Part shown: piece after piece, positions 17,501 through 26,761 of the stretch
Layout of the letters: each line of letters starts with the position of its first letter
Position numbering within the stretch: the first letter of the stretch is position 1
From: a virus
Taxonomy: Duplodnaviria > Caudoviricetes
DNA length: 53,938 bases
Reading direction: 5' to 3' (one strand)
Virus record (IMG/VR): IMGVR_UViG_3300009514_000034
Location: 1 to 53,938 of that record
Position numbers and translations under genes: made by a program
Notes under the pieces: model-generated
Databases searched by the model: none
What the model was told of the DNA's origin: nothing
Seen by the model: the letters and a program-made list of their open reading frames with translations, nothing else

Positions 17501-18554
17501 CTACAGGATTTCCTGTTTTCGGATCTATCAAGGGTCTGGGATTGCTTGTAAAACTTTTCTGTAATATTTCTTTTATTTCATCAAAGAACCTACCTGCGAA
17601 GGGCATTGAATCTATGGCAGTAATTAAGTTAGAAATACTGGTGATTAACTGATTTCTTAAATCATTAGCAGAATCAAATTGGGCTTTGAAAACTTCTTTC
17701 ACAGACATGTGTACGGGCGAAATATTTTCGCTATCAATTTCCGTTAATAATCTTCCTATAAATGCGTTGCCTGCTGTTATTGATGTATTGAAATTATCTG
17801 CCCTAGTTACCCCGGATGCATTAATATCATTTGTCCCAGAAGGCTTTGATTCAAGAAATTCAGTAACCAGTACATCAATACCTACTGAATTTAATTTATC
17901 CTTTAATCTTTTCAATGAATCAGTATAAAATTGTCTGGTTATATATCCGGCTGCGTCATTATCACTAATGCCCATTTTAAAAGCAGGGGTTAATGAAGGT
18001 ATGTCATATCTCCCCCTGTCAGTTATTGTAAAATCATTTGTATCCCACATTCCAAGGGCTGCATAAACTTCTCTGTCAATTAAAGGCCCTCTGGTAGAAC
18101 CCAGAATATCATCCTTCATTTTGTTGTGCTGGGGCACAATGGGAATTTCGTAAGATACTACTTCCAGATTTTCATCTATCCCGGCAGAAAATAATGTTGC
18201 TGCTTTGGGGGTTCCTGAACTATCGGCAGAATCTCTGTAATTTATCTGCTCTACAAGGTCTACAACGGGTTCCCCCCTTAAATGTACAATGGCTTCGGAT
18301 GCTTCAGTACCAAATCCGGTAGAAGGGTCTGTAGATACTTCAAATCTCTTTACATCCCGCTCAAATATAAAATTAACCTTATCGTCAATAATTTGGTTGA
18401 GATTAATGTCTTCTACTTCCCCGTCTTCATTGACATTAATGTTGGCTCCGTCAGCCCTTACGTTTAAACCGGATAAATCTAAGTTTAAATCGTTCTCAAC
18501 GGTTATTTCTTTTCTATAGTTATTAAAATCAATTTCTGCCATGTATAGTCTCAA
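14550..18554 (-). CDS. Large putative virion (tail/baseplate) protein with a degenerate M15-peptidase-like domain
   Basis: 1334 aa. LIETTRSWESQENL...SWHNYGLSVKI resembles M15 peptidases. Late motif on the minus strand at 18572-18579. Confidence 0.6.
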   Translation of the reverse strand: MRLYMAEIDFNNYRKEITVENDLNLDLSGLNVRADGANINVNEDGEVEDINLNQIIDDKVNFIFERDVKRFEVSTDPSTGFGTEASEAIVHLRGEPVVDLVEQINYRDSADSSGTPKAATLFSAGIDENLEVVSYEIPIVPQHNKMKDDILGSTRGPLIDREVYAALGMWDTNDFTITDRGRYDIPSLTPAFKMGISDNDAAGYITRQFYTDSLKRLKDKLNSVGIDVLVTEFLESKPSGTNDINASGVTRADNFNTSITAGNAFIGRLLTEIDSENISPVHMSVKEVFKAQFDSANDLRNQLITSISNLITAIDSMPFAGRFFDEIKEILQKSFTSNPRPLIDPKTGNPVVHQGKFLIGQDGKHVLDPTGKSNLVDISFIPENTLTPELRHINLLEIDPSSTLDTNSDSPIDDMLSKLPENDDGVISIIKEQDLVITPGFDPIELVENIKKINTQFKGFSGVLSGIFTNFALSDIRTRTNEFELLIKKIEWYERFTSESIFENKDMLIDNNTKNDKRRLVEKNNPNIKLARILLPVDFGIKTIRTRRRGWFRRARYKRIDNGVRWVELRFIDTRVLSLFRPNEREAGVNLIENPIDSTITLSRVEPIAGHVLVVTEEPHMATEDTLQIEISGIDQAIYNGFFRPNIIDDNTLSYSLELSKEELANTPDPTGSATLNSVINPLDETQPDISREDVEIVFNMPHLPFDDDLRDEAYFNYGPFDQSEFSSREGELPITVSTNNDTTVQLSEIPAGHEIFHESSKEISDLRKGVDVYNKVQFLLEILKSEFNPSRVKLIETTRSWESQENLQTGGTSSSFLSWHNYGLSVKILITKEDGVTPIEEGDEEEFCKLVDVSTAFIEGAKLGKFGEPMNVIWCAQLVMGPDLFVWEFLPIGIKHMDAWKFRQAAFNQQDPVVANAYVNVDQRGYVIVDDVEIDDDKPYIRASSTAYQDAIVINGERYVSPQDINQFNTPSNLVLKDIQEFLFMVRQKMHAHGRRLIGTVPEWKAKNPISFQQLVDYYSLIGDFNAVRGILSSDYIEKFDYLISSVAETNPIDFVVKFLGEEEYQNIKIFIKDSGDTSYITLHDGKISIPVADVRSLNTEGNGNTFGEKQINEDSVQFGRYNSQGVFVPEEVQPLEIITSDAPVISGYNEAGEPIGEDALLLHIIVKDSIVEEYNEIKELIENLDIDFLYDNFLESPNADQINLIENEFGIIRTQTLIENDSGELLTPEEVKDMTQKMKINDQKVTNDGTVRGLGPNIEEVNQDIDFDPEQDRNENQSVFEKLVSNAQLQGIQKAKLTREKPVIEELQGDATVERTIKEIQNENTPDVRDIL

Positions 18555-18616
18555 CTACTAACATATTTAATAGTTTATAATTAAAATATTGCTTATTTTA
18601 ATTAAAAATATGTTTT

Positions 18617-19144
18617 TTATTCCAAATCTCCCCAATCAAGGGAATCTATATTTGGCATGGAAGACTGATTATCGGTGATAAACTCCTGATCTTCAGATGT
18701 AGTGTCTTCATATGAAAAATTCTGGTTAAATAATACGGTATTTTCTGAGTATTGCTTACATTTTCGCCAACTTTGGATGAAAGCATTTCCAATTATCATG
18801 GCAAAATAATTATAGGGGTCGTTTTTACCACTTTTAGATTTTTCGGGGTCAAAATTGTGGGCATATTTAAGTACATGTTCTATAGCTCTTCCCCGAAATT
18901 CTTCTTTCCAGTCTTCAGAGTATCTTCGCCAAGAACCCGATCCTAACATCTTGTCTACTATAATAATAACAATTTCAGCCAAATCTCTGGGCATGGAATA
19001 ACTGGGATTTAATTTCTTTTTCCACTTATAATCCATTACCAGTCCCAGCAGGTATTTTTTCTCAATCCTGCCGTTTCGCATTTCGGCTAGTTTAATTTCT
19101 CTTTCTGAAAAGGTTACTTTTTCGTTTTTCTTTGGTCTTCCCAT
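18617..19144 (-). CDS. gp55: Late transcription sigma factor (T4 gp55-like), copy A
   Basis: WKEEFRGRAIEHVLKYAHNFDPEKS...PYNYFAMIIGNAF matches the gp55 NFDPEKS..NPFAYFTQII..AF motif; acidic C-terminal tail. Confidence 0.8.
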   Translation of the reverse strand: MGRPKKNEKVTFSEREIKLAEMRNGRIEKKYLLGLVMDYKWKKKLNPSYSMPRDLAEIVIIIVDKMLGSGSWRRYSEDWKEEFRGRAIEHVLKYAHNFDPEKSKSGKNDPYNYFAMIIGNAFIQSWRKCKQYSENTVLFNQNFSYEDTTSEDQEFITDNQSSMPNIDSLDWGDLE

Positions 19145-19149
19145 ATCTG

Positions 19150-19539
19150 TTACAAAGGTTTATAATCACTCACAAGTTTATTACATTTTTCTATAAATTT
19201 TCTGTATTTAATATCCCAATTCCGTGTTTTCAAGAATGCGCCTATCATAATCACCGTAAACCAATTATAAGGATCTGGTTTTTTATTTTGTTTTATGGCG
19301 TGATTTGGATCGAATCTATCTGCATATTTAACGGCATAAAACAAGGCATTGCTTTTCATGTCCTCTTTTTCTTCGGAGGAATATTTTCTCCAAGTGGTGC
19401 GACTAAGAAGTCTATCTATAATATAAATAAGATACTCGCCCAACTCATCGGACATTGAGCATTGATTATCAATATTCTTATTCTTTTTATATTCGACTAC
19501 AAGATCAAGTAAATGTTGGTTATCCACACAAGGCTCCAT
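19150..19539 (-). CDS. Shorter gp55-like paralog, copy B
   Basis: WRKYSSEEKEDMKSNALFYAVKYADRFDPN...DPYNWFTVIMIGAF aligns with the adjacent gp55. Confidence 0.7.
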   Translation of the reverse strand: MEPCVDNQHLLDLVVEYKKNKNIDNQCSMSDELGEYLIYIIDRLLSRTTWRKYSSEEKEDMKSNALFYAVKYADRFDPNHAIKQNKKPDPYNWFTVIMIGAFLKTRNWDIKYRKFIEKCNKLVSDYKPL

Positions 19540-19555
19540 ATATTTGATGTAAGGA

Positions 19556-20215
19556 TCATGATAATCTATTCTCCTTTACATCCTCTAAGAAAGTAGTTAA
19601 ATAATCGAATAATGTTTCGTCCCTAAAATCGGTCATATACATTATCGAGAATTTTTTCCCCATAACTGTCTCCAAATTTTCATAACACTCCAACATATAC
19701 TTAAACTGTTCATTCAAATTTGAATGCCTTTCGTTTATTGGTATGTCTTCGTATTTTGAATCTTTTTCGTACAGCCATATTTTCCCCGCTATATGAAATA
19801 TTGATTCCCCTGTGTAAAAATACCTATATACTAATGACTCCTTAACATCAATAGTATCGTAGGATATTATGTTGTCTATAACTTCTTTGTATTCGGCATA
19901 GAAAGTTGAGTAAGCATTGTCTATAAAAAGCATTTGATACATTATATTTATCCATGCTATATTTATATCATGATATATCATCTGAAACGAAACTGGAAAT
20001 GTTGGCGGATAAGCATCCTTGTATTTTTCCAGATCATTATGGATTAGCTTGTGATAAATATTAGTATTATCTTTTCTGCGCTTATTTTCTATGTCATTGA
20101 AATAATCCAAAATCAAGATGTTATCAGTATTTTTTGGATCATATACCTGTGATTTTCTATGAAGTGCTGGCACATCATAATTCCCATCTATGTAATTATA
20201 AGGAAAGTCTTTCAT
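19556..20215 (-). CDS. Hypothetical protein
   Basis: 219-aa ORF in the minus-strand operon. Confidence 0.65.
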   Translation of the reverse strand: MKDFPYNYIDGNYDVPALHRKSQVYDPKNTDNILILDYFNDIENKRRKDNTNIYHKLIHNDLEKYKDAYPPTFPVSFQMIYHDINIAWINIMYQMLFIDNAYSTFYAEYKEVIDNIISYDTIDVKESLVYRYFYTGESIFHIAGKIWLYEKDSKYEDIPINERHSNLNEQFKYMLECYENLETVMGKKFSIMYMTDFRDETLFDYLTTFLEDVKENRLS

Positions 20216-21126
20216 TATTTAGATTTGGGATCTTGCTCCCACTCAAATATTGATGGAGAGTTTGAATTATGTTCCATCTTAAAACGATCTTTGTATTTAT
20301 CATCAAATTTACATCTGTTATGTGATACCGCAGTAACATAAAAATCATCAAAATTACAGTTTTTAAAATTACTTCTCATTAATACTACATCACACATTTT
20401 TGCTCGTTTAAAATCTGAATAACCGAAATCTGAATCAACAGTTGCCAGTTGAACAAATTCGGATTCTTTAAAATCAGAAGCCTTTACTTTACATTCATGG
20501 AATCCAGTGTATAAAATGTGTGACTGTCTGAAACTGGATTCATTTATGTTACATCCAATAATAGCATCATCTGAAAGTACGGAATACTCAAGGAGAGCAC
20601 TTTTTAAATTGCTTTCTATAAATTTGGTTCGTGATATAGTCGATGCTGTAAAATCAGCATTCTCCATATCACAGTTATTAATGGTACATGAATTTAATAC
20701 GCTATTACTTAGGTTAGACCCGGATAGATTACAGTTATAAAATATACAGTTGCAAAAATAACTGTCTTCCAGATAAGAATTATATAAATCAAGTCCAACA
20801 ATAATTTTTCCAGTACATGATAAAGAACTGATAACTTCCTTGTCGTTGGATAACTTAACAACATATTTATCTAGAACCGTGGATTGTTCCAGTATGTCTT
20901 TTATTATTGCGTTTTCTTGTTTCTCATCAACATTAGATTGGATTTCTTTAAATACATCCTTATATATATTTATTTTTGTTTTGTGATCATTTTTTAATTC
21001 CCTAGCCATTATTAATTCTTTAAGCAGGCCAATGGGAATATCTAACTCTTCTGATAGTAAAGTGTTCCACTGGTCAGCATTCAGGTTAACCAGATCATCT
21101 AATATTTGTTCATTGCTTCTTTTCAT
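20215..21126 (-). CDS. Pentapeptide-repeat protein
   Basis: Runs such as CNLSGSNLSNSVLNSC, ADFTASTIS and SDFKRAKMC. Confidence 0.8.
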   Translation of the reverse strand: MKRSNEQILDDLVNLNADQWNTLLSEELDIPIGLLKELIMARELKNDHKTKINIYKDVFKEIQSNVDEKQENAIIKDILEQSTVLDKYVVKLSNDKEVISSLSCTGKIIVGLDLYNSYLEDSYFCNCIFYNCNLSGSNLSNSVLNSCTINNCDMENADFTASTISRTKFIESNLKSALLEYSVLSDDAIIGCNINESSFRQSHILYTGFHECKVKASDFKESEFVQLATVDSDFGYSDFKRAKMCDVVLMRSNFKNCNFDDFYVTAVSHNRCKFDDKYKDRFKMEHNSNSPSIFEWEQDPKSK

Positions 21127-21205
21127 GTTATCTCATAACTATAAAGGTAGAAGTTAAACTCCCACCTTACATATAAGATATTTTATTTAAGCGAATAAAC
21201 TAAAA

Positions 21206-23413
21206 TTATTTATTATCTATTATAGAAGAATATCTTCCATCGTGTTCTATTTCCAATATGTTATCAAACATCTCGGTAAAATCATCTCCACGATGCGTCA
21301 TGAGATAAATACTATCAATATCATTACATTTAGTTTTAACTAATTCCAGCATATGTTGTAAAGCTTCATAATCTGTAGAAATATCTAACACTTCGTCCAA
21401 AAATAATATATTTATTTTAAAGTCAGCTATAAGTGCGACAAAATCTCTGAATGCCATAGAGATGGCAAAGTTCAGCTTCCTTTTCTGTCCTTGTGATAGA
21501 TTATTATATGTAGGGGCCGAACCGAATTTACTGATGAATGTGTATTCCATAGCATCATCAAACTCTATCATGAATGGCAGTTCGAATAAATTCAGATTGT
21601 GGGCAATCGTCTTATTTAAATTAGGGATAAAAATACTGAGAACCAGCTTCTTTATTCCATCATCCTGATACATCTTCTCGATATACTTACACACAGAAAT
21701 TTCATCAGAATATTTCAATATTTTATGCTTGGCCCTTTCCAGATCCCCTTCCGTGTCTTTTAACTTTTTTTCGGTAGAAGCATAAGCACCGTCTACATTC
21801 TTATCTTTCTTTTCCTTAATTTTAACTTCCAGTTTTTCAATTAATGTTGTATAGGTAGCTTTGTTAGTAATGGCATTACTGATTTCTGATTTCTTTACAG
21901 TTAAATCGTTACGAAGAAATTCTAATTCTGTCTGTAAATTATTTTGTTTTTCAACATCCTCGGAAAATTCTTCTAATTTCCTATTAACATCATCCACGGA
22001 TAAATCAGCACATCCGGCATCATTGATTCTCTGTAAACGTGTTTCCAAATCCTTATTCAAATTATCAACGATATCTAACAATGAAGTTACATAAACAGAT
22101 ACCCCATCTATTTTAGCACTGGCATCTCTCTTTTTTTGCATTTGTTCATCATATCTTTCTTGGATCTCCAGCAATTCTTCTGTCTTGGTCCTGAGTTCGG
22201 TAGATTTTTTAATTCCTTCATCATATTGTTTTTTAGCTGCTTTCCATTTTTCCCTATATTCGGATTTTATGGTTTCTATATCCTCTTCAGTAGACAATTT
22301 TTTACAGGTAGGGCAAGGAACTCCGGCTTTTAATTCTTTGACATGTTTTTCTATGTCCTCCATCGTTGCCGAAGCAGTTCCGTTCAAAACCGTTTGTTGT
22401 CCCATCTCTTCTGTAAGAGATTTCATTGCTTTAGAATTATCATCAATTGCATTTTCAAAATCTGAGTTGATAGAAGCTTCTTTTTCCAATTCTTTCAGCT
22501 TTTTTCTTTCTTCGTCAAGGGTCTTTGTTTTCTCCAGCATATCTAACTTTACTTTATCAAATCCCTCAATGTCACTGATCACGGCTTTATATTTGCCGAC
22601 TTTTTCATGAATACCAGAATATTTTTCAAACTCGGCTTTTAATCCTATGCCCTTGGTTTTTATTTCTTCTTTCTCGCCTTCTTTCTTTTCTATAAATTCA
22701 TCATAATCAATTATTATTTGTTGATTTTCTTTGATTTCTTCTTCGTATTTTTTAATATCATCTTCTTTTTCCTTTTCCAATTGTAACAGGATAACTTTAA
22801 GATCTTCAACATCTTGGCCATACTTTTCAACGTCACTCTGGGCATTCACAAAACTCGTCTGAGCTTCTTTTAGGGACTTTTTATTCTTTTCCTTGAACTT
22901 ATCCAGATGTTGGGTTAAAAATGATTCTATGAGCTTCCTTTTATGCTCAGGGGTCATATCAATGATGGGCGTGGTTTGTATTGTATTCAAGGAGATAACA
23001 TTCTCGAAGATGTTCTGATTAAAGGTCAGTGATTCATCTTCAAGCTTTTTTTGTGTTATTCCGTTCTTTTTCCCATCATCATCGTTTTTATAAATAGTCA
23101 TTTTGGTAGAACCGGAATTTCCCAATTCTCTCCTGACTACATATTCATCAGTACCCTTTGGCGTTGTTACACTGAATTCCCCCTCAGCTACCAACTTTGA
23201 CTTATTGGCAGTGTTTTTTAAGTCTTTTATCTTGATGTTTCGGTAAGGTTTTCCGAAAAGGATAAAATTCAGGGCTTCTATGAGTGCAGATTTTCCGGCC
23301 CCGTTGGGACCCTTAATCCATGTTAGTCCCTTTTTAATATGGAATTCATTTATGTTATTTCCATATGATAGAAAATTTGATACCCATATTTTTTTAATCT
23401 TTATATCGTACAT
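21206..23413 (-). CDS. gp46: Recombination endonuclease ATPase subunit (T4 gp46, SbcC/Rad50-like)
   Basis: NFLSYGN, Walker A GPNGAGKS, CPTC zinc hook, LSQGQ signature and LFLDEVLD. Confidence 0.92.
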   Translation of the reverse strand: MYDIKIKKIWVSNFLSYGNNINEFHIKKGLTWIKGPNGAGKSALIEALNFILFGKPYRNIKIKDLKNTANKSKLVAEGEFSVTTPKGTDEYVVRRELGNSGSTKMTIYKNDDDGKKNGITQKKLEDESLTFNQNIFENVISLNTIQTTPIIDMTPEHKRKLIESFLTQHLDKFKEKNKKSLKEAQTSFVNAQSDVEKYGQDVEDLKVILLQLEKEKEDDIKKYEEEIKENQQIIIDYDEFIEKKEGEKEEIKTKGIGLKAEFEKYSGIHEKVGKYKAVISDIEGFDKVKLDMLEKTKTLDEERKKLKELEKEASINSDFENAIDDNSKAMKSLTEEMGQQTVLNGTASATMEDIEKHVKELKAGVPCPTCKKLSTEEDIETIKSEYREKWKAAKKQYDEGIKKSTELRTKTEELLEIQERYDEQMQKKRDASAKIDGVSVYVTSLLDIVDNLNKDLETRLQRINDAGCADLSVDDVNRKLEEFSEDVEKQNNLQTELEFLRNDLTVKKSEISNAITNKATYTTLIEKLEVKIKEKKDKNVDGAYASTEKKLKDTEGDLERAKHKILKYSDEISVCKYIEKMYQDDGIKKLVLSIFIPNLNKTIAHNLNLFELPFMIEFDDAMEYTFISKFGSAPTYNNLSQGQKRKLNFAISMAFRDFVALIADFKINILFLDEVLDISTDYEALQHMLELVKTKCNDIDSIYLMTHRGDDFTEMFDNILEIEHDGRYSSIIDNK

Positions 23414-23419
23414 ACATAA

Positions 23420-24727
23420 TTAAAATAAATCAGACGCATCGGGAATATTTTCAGATAAGGGATCGTCAAATACATCACCCACATTGTCAAACTTTCTTTG
23501 GGTAGATATTTTTTGTTCTTCTTCATTATCTTCAAATAGCTTTTCGTCAAACATATCAGGGTTCTCTTTAACACTTGCCAGAGAATTCACAGCATAGTAG
23601 CCCAAGGTTTTAAGTCTGTTCACTTCATCTACCACCTTATCTGTGATATTCAGGTTGTATAAATCCTGCATATCCCCCAGCTTTGGATTTGATTTATCCA
23701 ACTGTTCGCATAATTCCCTCTGAATATGAGTCGGTATCTTGGATAAATCAATGAGTTTTTTATTTCTCATGTATTGGTTATCCCATCCTTCTTCTTTTGC
23801 CTGTTCATAACAATTCGTGACAGATTCGTATAATGTAGTGGCACCCTTCTCCCCCAACTGGGTTTTTCTATTGGGCAAAGCCATTCCATTGATGTTATCA
23901 GACTTGTCCCCAGACAATACCTTTATTTCCAGTAAATCTTCTGGTTTATCACAATACACAAAATTAGCGTGTTTATGATTATAAATTTTCAAGTTGTCCT
24001 GTTTGAGTAACTGGTTCATATCACTGTCACCAGTGACCAGAATCATGGAGTCATATTTATCTTTCCAGTAAGATGTGGATACATAAATTACATCGTCCCC
24101 CTCGGCTTCAGGTTTTCCTATAACATGACACCTGAATATTTTCTCCATATCCCTTAAAAAACTTTCCTTGTTATTTTTCCATGTTTTCTTATCAATCATG
24201 AAAGGCCAGTATTGATTGGAGCGGGTTCCTTTGTACTTGGGTAAAATATGATCCCAGAAAATTTTCCTGACTCTATCCGGTAGCTCAGATGGTTTTTTAT
24301 GCTTTTTGGGTATTTTATTTACATCCTTTACTATGTCCATCTTATCAATAGAAAGTTCTCCCTTACTATCTTTAGATACCTTGTACAGAAAATTATCGTA
24401 TCTCAAGTAATAACCAGTATCGTCATAATAAACGGTTGCGTTTTCGTTGTAATAGTCTTTAACAAATCCATTTCGCCAGATGTTATCACCTTCCAATGTC
24501 AAAATAATATCTCTGGGATTGAATAATTTAATGTAATCCACCACCCTGCTTACCATTTTGGTTTTCCATATATGTAATTCGTCTTCCGGGGAATCCACGT
24601 CCAGATATGCTGTACTATGCTTGGAAACCATAGCAAATTGCTGGTGGTACGCTAAACTTGACCAATCTATAATTAGAAGTCTGTTTTTTGAATATGGATA
24701 TGATTTTAATGGATTATATTCTGCCAT
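23420..24727 (-). CDS. rnh: T4-type RNase H / 5'-3' exonuclease
   Basis: LLIID, YKGTR, EAEGDDVI, VTGDSDMNQL and GDKSDNI. The likely start is MAEYNP at 24727. Confidence 0.85.
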   Translation of the reverse strand: MAEYNPLKSYPYSKNRLLIIDWSSLAYHQQFAMVSKHSTAYLDVDSPEDELHIWKTKMVSRVVDYIKLFNPRDIILTLEGDNIWRNGFVKDYYNENATVYYDDTGYYLRYDNFLYKVSKDSKGELSIDKMDIVKDVNKIPKKHKKPSELPDRVRKIFWDHILPKYKGTRSNQYWPFMIDKKTWKNNKESFLRDMEKIFRCHVIGKPEAEGDDVIYVSTSYWKDKYDSMILVTGDSDMNQLLKQDNLKIYNHKHANFVYCDKPEDLLEIKVLSGDKSDNINGMALPNRKTQLGEKGATTLYESVTNCYEQAKEEGWDNQYMRNKKLIDLSKIPTHIQRELCEQLDKSNPKLGDMQDLYNLNITDKVVDEVNRLKTLGYYAVNSLASVKENPDMFDEKLFEDNEEEQKISTQRKFDNVGDVFDDPLSENIPDASDLF

Positions 24728-24733
24728 CCTAAA

Positions 24734-25099
24734 AATATAAAACATTTATACACATTTAAGCCAATTTTTAATTAAAAATTATTTTAATCTTTCCTGTAGG
24801 GGGGATTTATAATATCGTCATTCTCGTCTAACAGTTCTTCCAGATATTCGAGTTCTATTTCATCATTCACCACCGAATAAGAATATTTTCCTTTTGAACC
24901 TTCTATGTTATAGCTCCAGTGTTCCTCGAATTCCTCATCTGACATCCCGTCATTTTCCACACATATTTTTCTGGCCTTTGATTTTAAAATAACCACTTCT
25001 TCTTTACAAGTTTCGGCATTACTCAAAATTCCAAATACATCATCTTTTCTCATGGGGCCAATATAAAACATTTACATAAATTTAAGCCAGTTTTTAATT
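24734..25099 (-). repeat. Duplicated 40-bp upstream element (24734-24773 and 25060-25099)
   Basis: 36/40 identical; each copy lies 6 nt before an ATG on the minus strand. Confidence 0.75.
24784..25053 (-). CDS. Hypothetical acidic protein
   Basis: The likely start is MRKDDV at 25053, just after the duplicated element. Confidence 0.6.
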   Translation of the reverse strand: MRKDDVFGILSNAETCKEEVVILKSKARKICVENDGMSDEEFEEHWSYNIEGSKGKYSYSVVNDEIELEYLEELLDENDDIINPPYRKD

Positions 25100-25768
25100 T
25101 TGTTTCTGTATAACCCTTGTTTCGATTATAGAATTCGTTTTTTTAGAACTCTTATGCTCCAAAAAAGCCACTATTCCCGGATCTAACATTTTTTTCCCCA
25201 GTTTTTCATAAACAATCTGACATCTTAAGGTTTCGGCTACCCAGAAAGCATCGCACATATCTGCGTGGGGGTCCACATACTTAGGCAATTTCTTAAAATC
25301 CTCTGGATAAAAATTAGGGAATTCTTTCATAAACATCTGACACATGGTTACCTTTTCGGCATTTCCGTCCCCTGTAGCAAATCGTTTTACCATTCTGGGT
25401 GCGTAAATTAACAGGCCCATTCCCTGATCGTAATACATTTTTTTCAGACCACCTATGAATTCTCCCAGTTGTACCAGTGAACGGGTAATTTTCTTCCCAT
25501 AGGCATACCCTTCAAATGCCACATAACTGACACCAAACATGTCTGTTTTAAGAAAATCGTAGGCTATATTCTGTCTGTCACACATGTTCATTTTTTTGTA
25601 TTTGGACCCAACATGAAACACTTCAACATTATTTCCTTTAAAACATCTCTTTTTCACAGAATTGTAACCATAAAACTCTACTTTCTCGATGTTATATATC
25701 TCATCAAGTGTCATAATACACTTTCCAGTACTATCTATTGAAGGATCTATTCCCGCTATTTTCATCAT
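25094..25768 (-). CDS. RuvC-like Holliday junction resolvase
   Basis: KIAGIDPSIDSTG, VAFEGYAY, KRFATGDGNAEK and DMCDAF. The likely start is MMKIAG at 25768. Confidence 0.8.
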   Translation of the reverse strand: MMKIAGIDPSIDSTGKCIMTLDEIYNIEKVEFYGYNSVKKRCFKGNNVEVFHVGSKYKKMNMCDRQNIAYDFLKTDMFGVSYVAFEGYAYGKKITRSLVQLGEFIGGLKKMYYDQGMGLLIYAPRMVKRFATGDGNAEKVTMCQMFMKEFPNFYPEDFKKLPKYVDPHADMCDAFWVAETLRCQIVYEKLGKKMLDPGIVAFLEHKSSKKTNSIIETRVIQKQN

Positions 25769-25822
25769 ATAATTAAAATCTAAATTATTTTTTTTATAAA
25801 CTATATGTAAATGGAGTGTTTT

Positions 25823-25966
25823 ATGGACAAACAAGCTGAAGAATTAAAAAAGAAAAAACAAAAACTCAATATTAATCAAAACATTAACAAGTTGAATCCC
25901 AATGGTGTTCAAATTATTAATGAACAGATTCGTGTAGATCAAAATCAGACTGCCCTTTATGGATAA
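25823..25966 (+). CDS. Small late ORF, absent from the ORF track
   Basis: 47 aa, MDKQAEELKKKK...TALYG; TATAAACT at 25795-25802, a GGAG RBS, and overlap with the next start codon. Confidence 0.55.
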   Translation: MDKQAEELKKKKQKLNINQNINKLNPNGVQIINEQIRVDQNQTALYG

Positions 25967-26282
25967 ACCTAAAAAATTCAATAGTTTTCTGGAATCCCTG
26001 AAAGGTAAAGGGCAGGATAAACTGATCGAATCTATTAAACATGGATTCCATGTATGTTTCGAAAATGAAATGATGGACATGGTAAAGAAAGAAACTGCAT
26101 TTAAAGAAAAGATGGAAAATCCGTCTGAATATGATGATATAAAAAATATCACCCAAAACATTGAAAGGGGCGGAGATGTCCTTCATCAACACGTTATGGA
26201 TAAGAAAAAATATATGCAAATTTATCAGGTATATAAGCTGCTGGATCAATATTTTTCCGAATTTGAAAAGGAAATATCATGA
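25959..26282 (+). CDS. Leader-family protein 5
   Basis: MDKPKKFNSFLESLKGKGQDKLIESIKHGFHVCFEN leader. Confidence 0.8.
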   Translation: MDKPKKFNSFLESLKGKGQDKLIESIKHGFHVCFENEMMDMVKKETAFKEKMENPSEYDDIKNITQNIERGGDVLHQHVMDKKKYMQIYQVYKLLDQYFSEFEKEIS

Positions 26283-26761
26283 ACAAAATAGAAAAATTTA
26301 AAAAGTTTCTCGACTCCCTGAAAGGACATGGACAAGATACATTGATTGAATCTGTTGAAAAAGGATTTCAAGCATATTATGAAAGTCAGATGGAAATGTC
26401 TGATAGAAGAGGACATTACATAACAACCACCTATGAAACATGGGATGAAGAATCCACTGAAATAGGAGACACTGATGATAAAGGTTGGTATGATGAAGAG
26501 GGTCAATCTATGGAAGCAGATGATTTTGATAGAGAAGAAGGGAAAACAGTTATTGATAATACTGTAGAATTCCTACAAGATAAGGGAGCAACTGAGGGTA
26601 ATGAAGAAGGAATGAACGCTGCTCCTAGATGGTGGAGTACCGTATATCCTGAACATGATAGAGATTTTTTTGAAAAGGGTGAAAGTACATATTATTCATT
26701 CCATTTAAATAATTATACCGAAGAAGAAAAAAAAGAAATATATAGAAGAATGAAATCTTAA
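26279..26761 (+). CDS. Leader-family protein 6
   Basis: MNKIEKFKKFLDSLKGHGQDTLIESVEKGFQAYYES leader; acidic cargo. Confidence 0.8.
   Translation: MNKIEKFKKFLDSLKGHGQDTLIESVEKGFQAYYESQMEMSDRRGHYITTTYETWDEESTEIGDTDDKGWYDEEGQSMEADDFDREEGKTVIDNTVEFLQDKGATEGNEEGMNAAPRWWSTVYPEHDRDFFEKGESTYYSFHLNNYTEEEKKEIYRRMKS

Noticed and set aside
24728-25834. Track start codons giving MFYI... and MFVHK... N-termini
   Set aside because: These upstream ATG/TTG codons fall inside promoter-like elements. Downstream ATGs at 24727, 25053 and 25768 fit the family N-termini better.
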